Assembly (NCBI GenBank): GCA_045046875.1
Contig: JASFYY010000093.1
Span: forward strand, 1 to 64,000
Source: Verrucomicrobiota bacterium
GTDB taxonomy: Bacteria > Verrucomicrobiota > Verrucomicrobiia > Verrucomicrobiales > DEV007
Length of the DNA stretch: 64,000 nucleotides
Direction of reading: 5' to 3'
The translations under genes were made by a program, and so were the position numbers. Numbering within the stretch: position 1 is the stretch's first letter; each line of letters opens with the position of its first letter. This document shows positions 58,558 to 64,000 of this stretch, piece by piece. The notes under the pieces are model-generated. The model had not been told where the DNA came from, made no database searches, and saw only the letters and a list, made by a program, of their open reading frames with translations.

Positions 58558-59285
58558 GCCAAAAATTCCTGGTTACCATCGGTTCCACTTATAGATGACG
58601 GAACGATCTTGTGCCAGTGTTTTGCCTGATCTTCAGTGACAAATCGACGTATTTTATCCACCGCCACCTGCCGCAGGGTTTCATCCCGCACAATCCCCCC
58701 CTTGCCAACGTCTTCCCGCGCCAGCTCAAACTGTGGTTTGATCAAACAAACCAGATCACCCGACTGGCGCAAAACCGAAAAAGCCGGCCCCAGAATCAAG
58801 GTCAGCGAGATGAAAGACACATCGATCACGATCATATCCACTTGCTCCGGCAAATCCTCCGGCTGCAAATAGCGGGCATTAAAATTCTCCCTAGCCACCA
58901 CTCGCGGGTCAGAACGAATTTTCCACGCCAACTGATTGGTGCCCACATCCAAAGTATAAACCCTCGATGCCCCGAGCTGCAAAAGACAATCGGTAAATCC
59001 CCCCGTCGAAGCTCCGATATCCAGAGCCACCTTGCCCTTCACATCCAGATCAAAGGCCTGCAAAGCCCCCTCCATTTTCAATCCACCCCGACCAACATAC
59101 TTCGGCCGCTCCTTGATCCGTATCACACAGTCCCCAGCTACTTTCTGTCCCGGTTTGGGAGATTCCACCCCCTCCACCAACACATTGCCAGACATGATCA
59201 AACGCTTGCCCTGCTCGCGGGAATCACACAGACCCCGCTCCATCAACAGTTGATCCAAACGCTGTTTTGTCACCGGCGAACTCAT
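58533..59285 (-). CDS. tlyA: TlyA-family rRNA 2'-O-methyltransferase
   Basis: QRLDQLL, YVGRGGLK, DIGASTGGFTD, DVSFISL, LIKPQFE, GTDGNQEF. Confidence 0.95.
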   Translation of the reverse strand: MSSPVTKQRLDQLLMERGLCDSREQGKRLIMSGNVLVEGVESPKPGQKVAGDCVIRIKERPKYVGRGGLKMEGALQAFDLDVKGKVALDIGASTGGFTDCLLQLGASRVYTLDVGTNQLAWKIRSDPRVVARENFNARYLQPEDLPEQVDMIVIDVSFISLTLILGPAFSVLRQSGDLVCLIKPQFELAREDVGKGGIVRDETLRQVAVDKIRRFVTEDQAKHWHKIVPSSISGTDGNQEFLAWLKHESD

Positions 59286-59375
59286 AAAAACATCAAATTT
59301 ATTAACTATTTAAAAGCGTAAAATCCACCACAAGTAACTTATAATAAGAAATTAATATTGAAACACACGTTTCCA

Positions 59376-59404
59376 ATCAGTATTAATCAGTGAAATCAGT
59401 GGTT
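59376..59404. repeat. Family A repeat (ATCAGT variant)
   Basis: atcagtatta atcagtgaa atcagtggtt, just past the LOG gene stop. Confidence 0.75.
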
Positions 59405-59417
59405 GAAAAAAAATTTG

Positions 59418-60515
59418 TCACGCATCACAAGAATTGATAGCATTGATCAATTCCCGGATCCTACCCGGACGACTTCTTTTCGCTCGAAAAACCAACCTTG
59501 GCAAGTCAATGATCGAGCGCTCATTACGCTCCTCCTTCAAAGCTCCCCGTTGTTTGATTTTTCCACTCACCAACAAATCCGCAAAATCCACATTCAGCTG
59601 CGCAAGCGCTTCCGCATGAATATTCCGATTCAAGCGAATCACCATTTTATCCCTCACATAACGATAAGAATGAAACACTCGGTAGAAATGCAGCACCTCC
59701 GCCACCGCCTCATCCACCGAATCCGTGATTTTGAACAAACTAAAATCCTCCTCCGAAATCAAACCCAGGCGGAACAAATGCTCACGAATGAATTGATCAA
59801 AGGTCTTCCAATAGCTCCCCCCCGGCGCATCCACCATCACAATCGGAAAAACTGCAGCTTTACCCGTCTGCATCAAGGTCAACACTTCGAAACCTTCGTC
59901 CATGGTGCCAAATCCCCCGGGAAACAAAACCACCGCATCCGACTCCTTCACAAAAGCCAACTTGCGAGTGAAAAAATAATTAAAAGTCAACAACTTGTGA
60001 TCCCCAATAATGGTATCGTTGGCCGACTGCTCAAAGGGGAGGCGTATATTGAGCCCGAAACTGTTCTCCCGTCCGGCTCCCTCCTGAGCCGCCCCCATAA
60101 TACCGTCACCCGCACCAGTGATTGTCATAAATCCATGCTCCCTCATTTTATCGGAAAAATCCTTGGCCGCTTCGTATTCCGGCTGCCCCGGCTGCGTTCT
60201 GGCCGAGCCATACACCGCCACCTTGTGCTCGCGGCAATAAGGAGCAAAAACATAAGACGTGGCCTGCATTTCCTTCAGTGTGCGGTTGAACAATTTCAAA
60301 TCAGCCTCGCCCACCTCGTCACTCGCTATCCTCAATGCGGTGATAATCAACTCTTCAATCAACTCGTGATCCGCCCCGCAGCCCCAATCGGCCACCAATT
60401 GCTCGACCCGCTTGTCAAAATCCGGATCGCCCGTGCTGCCGCGTTTTGATGACAGGGAGAAAATCCCCCCACCGGTGAAGTCTTTTAAATTTTGTGGAGA
60501 AGTCGCTTTGCTCAT
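59418..60515 (-). CDS. LOG-family nucleotide monophosphate nucleosidase (extended)
   Basis: VYGSART, TGAGDGIMGAA, FFTRK, PGGFGTMDE; ATG 60515. Confidence 0.9.
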   Translation of the reverse strand: MSKATSPQNLKDFTGGGIFSLSSKRGSTGDPDFDKRVEQLVADWGCGADHELIEELIITALRIASDEVGEADLKLFNRTLKEMQATSYVFAPYCREHKVAVYGSARTQPGQPEYEAAKDFSDKMREHGFMTITGAGDGIMGAAQEGAGRENSFGLNIRLPFEQSANDTIIGDHKLLTFNYFFTRKLAFVKESDAVVLFPGGFGTMDEGFEVLTLMQTGKAAVFPIVMVDAPGGSYWKTFDQFIREHLFRLGLISEEDFSLFKITDSVDEAVAEVLHFYRVFHSYRYVRDKMVIRLNRNIHAEALAQLNVDFADLLVSGKIKQRGALKEERNERSIIDLPRLVFRAKRSRPGRIRELINAINSCDA

Positions 60516-60612
60516 AGTTCCAATAGATCTTGAATACACAGAATAAGCAGTTTTTTCAAAAGTAAGAAGATTTTCTTTGGTGATTTTCGAATTCACAGCT
60601 TATTTGCGCCCC

Positions 60613-61680
60613 ATGTCAATCACAACCGACGACGTCCGTATAGCCGACCTGCATCAACTCATCGCCCCCGTGGTGCTGATGGAGGAACTTCCCATCGCCG
60701 AATCCGAAGCTCGACTCATACGCGAGTCCAGAGCATTGGCCGAAAATATCATGCTGGGAAAAGACGACCGGCTGTTAGTCGTTGTCGGCCCCTGTTCCAT
60801 CCATGATACCAAAGCCGCACTCGAATACGGTCAACGGCTCAAAGCTTACGCAGACACCGTAAAAGACGACTTACAGGTGATCATGCGGGTTTATTTTGAA
60901 AAACCACGCACCACCGTAGGCTGGAAAGGCCTGATCAATGACCCCCAGATGGACGGCAGCTACGACATCAACCTGGGACTGCGCACCGCACGCAACCTGT
61001 TGCGCGACCTGCTCAAGCTTGGCATCCCTGCAGGCACCGAATTCCTCGATACCATCAGTCCCCAGTTTTACGCCGACCTTATTTCATGGGGAGCCATCGG
61101 CGCACGCACCACCGAGAGCCAGATTCACCGCGAGCTGGCCTCCGGCCTCAGCATGCCGGTCGGATTCAAAAATGGCACCGGCGGCAGCATCCAAATCGCC
61201 CTCGACGCGATCCAGGCATCTCAACAGCCTCACCACTTCCTCTCCGTCACCAAAAATGGCACCGCCGCAGTGGTCAGCACCAAAGGCAACCCGGGCTGCC
61301 ACTTGATCCTGCGAGGCTCAAGTGCAGGCCCTAACTACGACCGCGAAACCGTAACAGACGTGCGCACCCGCTTAAAAGAAAAAGGGCTCGCTGCCAGTCT
61401 AATGATCGATTGCAGTCACGGCAATAGCCGTAAAGATTACACCAAACAAGCCGCTGTCGCCGCCGATGTCGCCAATCAAATGGCCGACGGCGAAAGCTCC
61501 ATCGCCTCCGTCATGATTGAAAGCAATCTGCAGCAAGGCAACCAGTCGATGGACGACTTGGAAAAACTCGAATACGGCAAAAGCGTCACCGACGCCTGTG
61601 TCTCATGGAATACCACCGTCGAGATTCTGGACCAACTCGCCGAAGCCGTGCGCCTGCGGCGCAAAACTTTCATCGCCTAA
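60613..61680 (+). CDS. Class I-alpha DAHP synthase (AroF/G/H type)
   Basis: VVGPCSIHD, RVYFEKPRTTVGWKG, IGARTTESQ.HRELASG, DCSHGNS, SVTDAC; ATG 60613; isozyme cannot be assigned. Confidence 0.96.
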   Translation: MSITTDDVRIADLHQLIAPVVLMEELPIAESEARLIRESRALAENIMLGKDDRLLVVVGPCSIHDTKAALEYGQRLKAYADTVKDDLQVIMRVYFEKPRTTVGWKGLINDPQMDGSYDINLGLRTARNLLRDLLKLGIPAGTEFLDTISPQFYADLISWGAIGARTTESQIHRELASGLSMPVGFKNGTGGSIQIALDAIQASQQPHHFLSVTKNGTAAVVSTKGNPGCHLILRGSSAGPNYDRETVTDVRTRLKEKGLAASLMIDCSHGNSRKDYTKQAAVAADVANQMADGESSIASVMIESNLQQGNQSMDDLEKLEYGKSVTDACVSWNTTVEILDQLAEAVRLRRKTFIA

Positions 61681-61689
61681 ACGGAAAAC

Positions 61690-62814
61690 TCACTTCGCGC
61701 TCATGCGTCGAAACAGGAAAAACCCCAGCCCCAGAAAAATCAGATTCGGCAGCCACACCAGAATGTGCGGATAGAGGTGCTCTTTATCGCGCATCATCTC
61801 GGCAATCGTCATCAATAAAAAATAGACGATCCCCACCAGCAGACTCATCGCAAAACCAATCGACGTCTCCCGACGCTGGGCAGTGATCCCCAACGGAACC
61901 CCGATCAAGGCCAAAGTCGCACAAGCCAGTGAGAATGAAAACCTCAGGCTGACTTCCGTTCTCAATGAAGAGCGTTGCCCTCGGTCCAGATCATCTTTAT
62001 CCAACTCCTTCATCAAAGCGGAAAAACCCAAGGTCTCCGGCTTCACTTTACCATCCTTCTTTTTCAAGCGGTCCAAACTGATCGACATGGGAGCAAACTC
62101 CGCAAAATAAGGCTGCGCTTCAGTAAAGTTCCGAGGATCCGGATCCGATTTCAGCTCAAAATACGCGTCCTGCATTTCCAGCACCAAAGCCGGAGTCCCC
62201 TCGTTCATTTCACTCAGCAGTTTCACTTTTTTGGCAATCACAAAAACCTCGGGGCGCTGACGCTCATCCAACTTGATCATTTGAAAATTCACCAATCCGT
62301 CTTCCGTCTTTTCCGCATAAACCATGTGTCCGGGGATATCCGTCATCACTTGCTGGTCTTTGAACAGCCCGTCCGGATTATTCTTGGCCAGATTAAAAAT
62401 CATATTTGGCAGCATCACTGTCAGTTTTTGTTTCATCGCCGGAGCCACACTCATGTTCAGCCAGAAACAAAGCCCTGTCAGACCCAAGGTCACCACACCG
62501 ATCGACGCACAAATCCGCGCCATGCTCAAACCTGCCATGCGCAGGGATACCAGTTCATTATCCGCGGACAAGCGCCCGAAGATCAACAGGATCGCAGTCA
62601 GAAACCCCCAGGGAATCGTCAAGCTCAAAGAAAAAGGCAAAATATAGAGCATGAACCGAATCACAAACCCCAGGCTGATATCCGGCCGTTCCACCAGCTG
62701 GGATAACAATTCCTTGAATATATTACCCAGCACCAAAACCACGCTCAATACCATCACTGCAAAAAACGTGGCGAGCAGCACCTGCTTCCCAATGTAGCGA
62801 TCGATAATATTCAT
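61690..62814 (-). CDS. LptF/LptG-family LPS export permease
   Basis: IIDRYI, LTIP, RLSADNEL, IGVPLG, VWLPNLIF. Confidence 0.92.
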   Translation of the reverse strand: MNIIDRYIGKQVLLATFFAVMVLSVVLVLGNIFKELLSQLVERPDISLGFVIRFMLYILPFSLSLTIPWGFLTAILLIFGRLSADNELVSLRMAGLSMARICASIGVVTLGLTGLCFWLNMSVAPAMKQKLTVMLPNMIFNLAKNNPDGLFKDQQVMTDIPGHMVYAEKTEDGLVNFQMIKLDERQRPEVFVIAKKVKLLSEMNEGTPALVLEMQDAYFELKSDPDPRNFTEAQPYFAEFAPMSISLDRLKKKDGKVKPETLGFSALMKELDKDDLDRGQRSSLRTEVSLRFSFSLACATLALIGVPLGITAQRRETSIGFAMSLLVGIVYFLLMTIAEMMRDKEHLYPHILVWLPNLIFLGLGFFLFRRMSAK

Positions 62815-62822
62815 TCTGATAA

Positions 62823-64000
<1,178 letters not shown>

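Noticed and set aside
818..59404. Family A arrays as CRISPR repeats or integron attC sites
   Set aside because: No regular repeat-spacer array, no cas or integrase gene, and no attC-type RYYYAAC...GTTRRRY architecture recognised
59403..60449. 348-aa plus-strand ORF
   Set aside because: Antisense to the LOG-family gene, with no recognisable motifs

Overview
Gene-dense bacterial chromosome segment. Gene content suggests a PVC-superphylum organism, probably Verrucomicrobiota (PVC-type CxxCH/HEAT protein, PAS-AraC regulator, PQQ-like propeller, sulfatase); this is inference. It holds about 51 CDS, mostly on the minus strand. Housekeeping genes: trpEG, lutABC, pnp-rpsO, dgt-obgE, glgA-type/sixA-like/dehydrogenase/nadK/tlyA/LOG, DAHP synthase, LptF/G, and a thiC that is missing from the ORF track and runs off the right edge. 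Accessory genes: a CusCBA-type heavy-metal RND pump, a Phd/PIN toxin-antitoxin pair, a sugar ABC operon, and several secreted hydrolases and redox proteins. No rRNA, tRNA, CRISPR array, integrase or transposase was recognised. The most notable observations are: (1) three dispersed non-coding repeat systems, namely oriented 9-10-nt-unit AACCAC-type arrays at gene 3' ends (one supplies the C-terminus of LutB, two precede AT-rich orphan genes), 7-nt tandem arrays at gene junctions, and two GTAG-type REP doublets; (2) a 7-nt tandem repeat that frameshifts a secreted Gly/His-rich protein off its signal peptide; (3) a ferritin-like diiron (DUF455-type) plus ATP-grasp fusion translationally coupled to a blue-copper/beta-propeller pair; (4) a three-gene module of a membrane arrestin-like protein, a soluble arrestin-like protein and a minimal AAA+ ATPase; (5) a single-chain triple-RidA lipoprotein lacking the catalytic Arg. 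All family assignments come from motif recognition by eye; no database searches were run.
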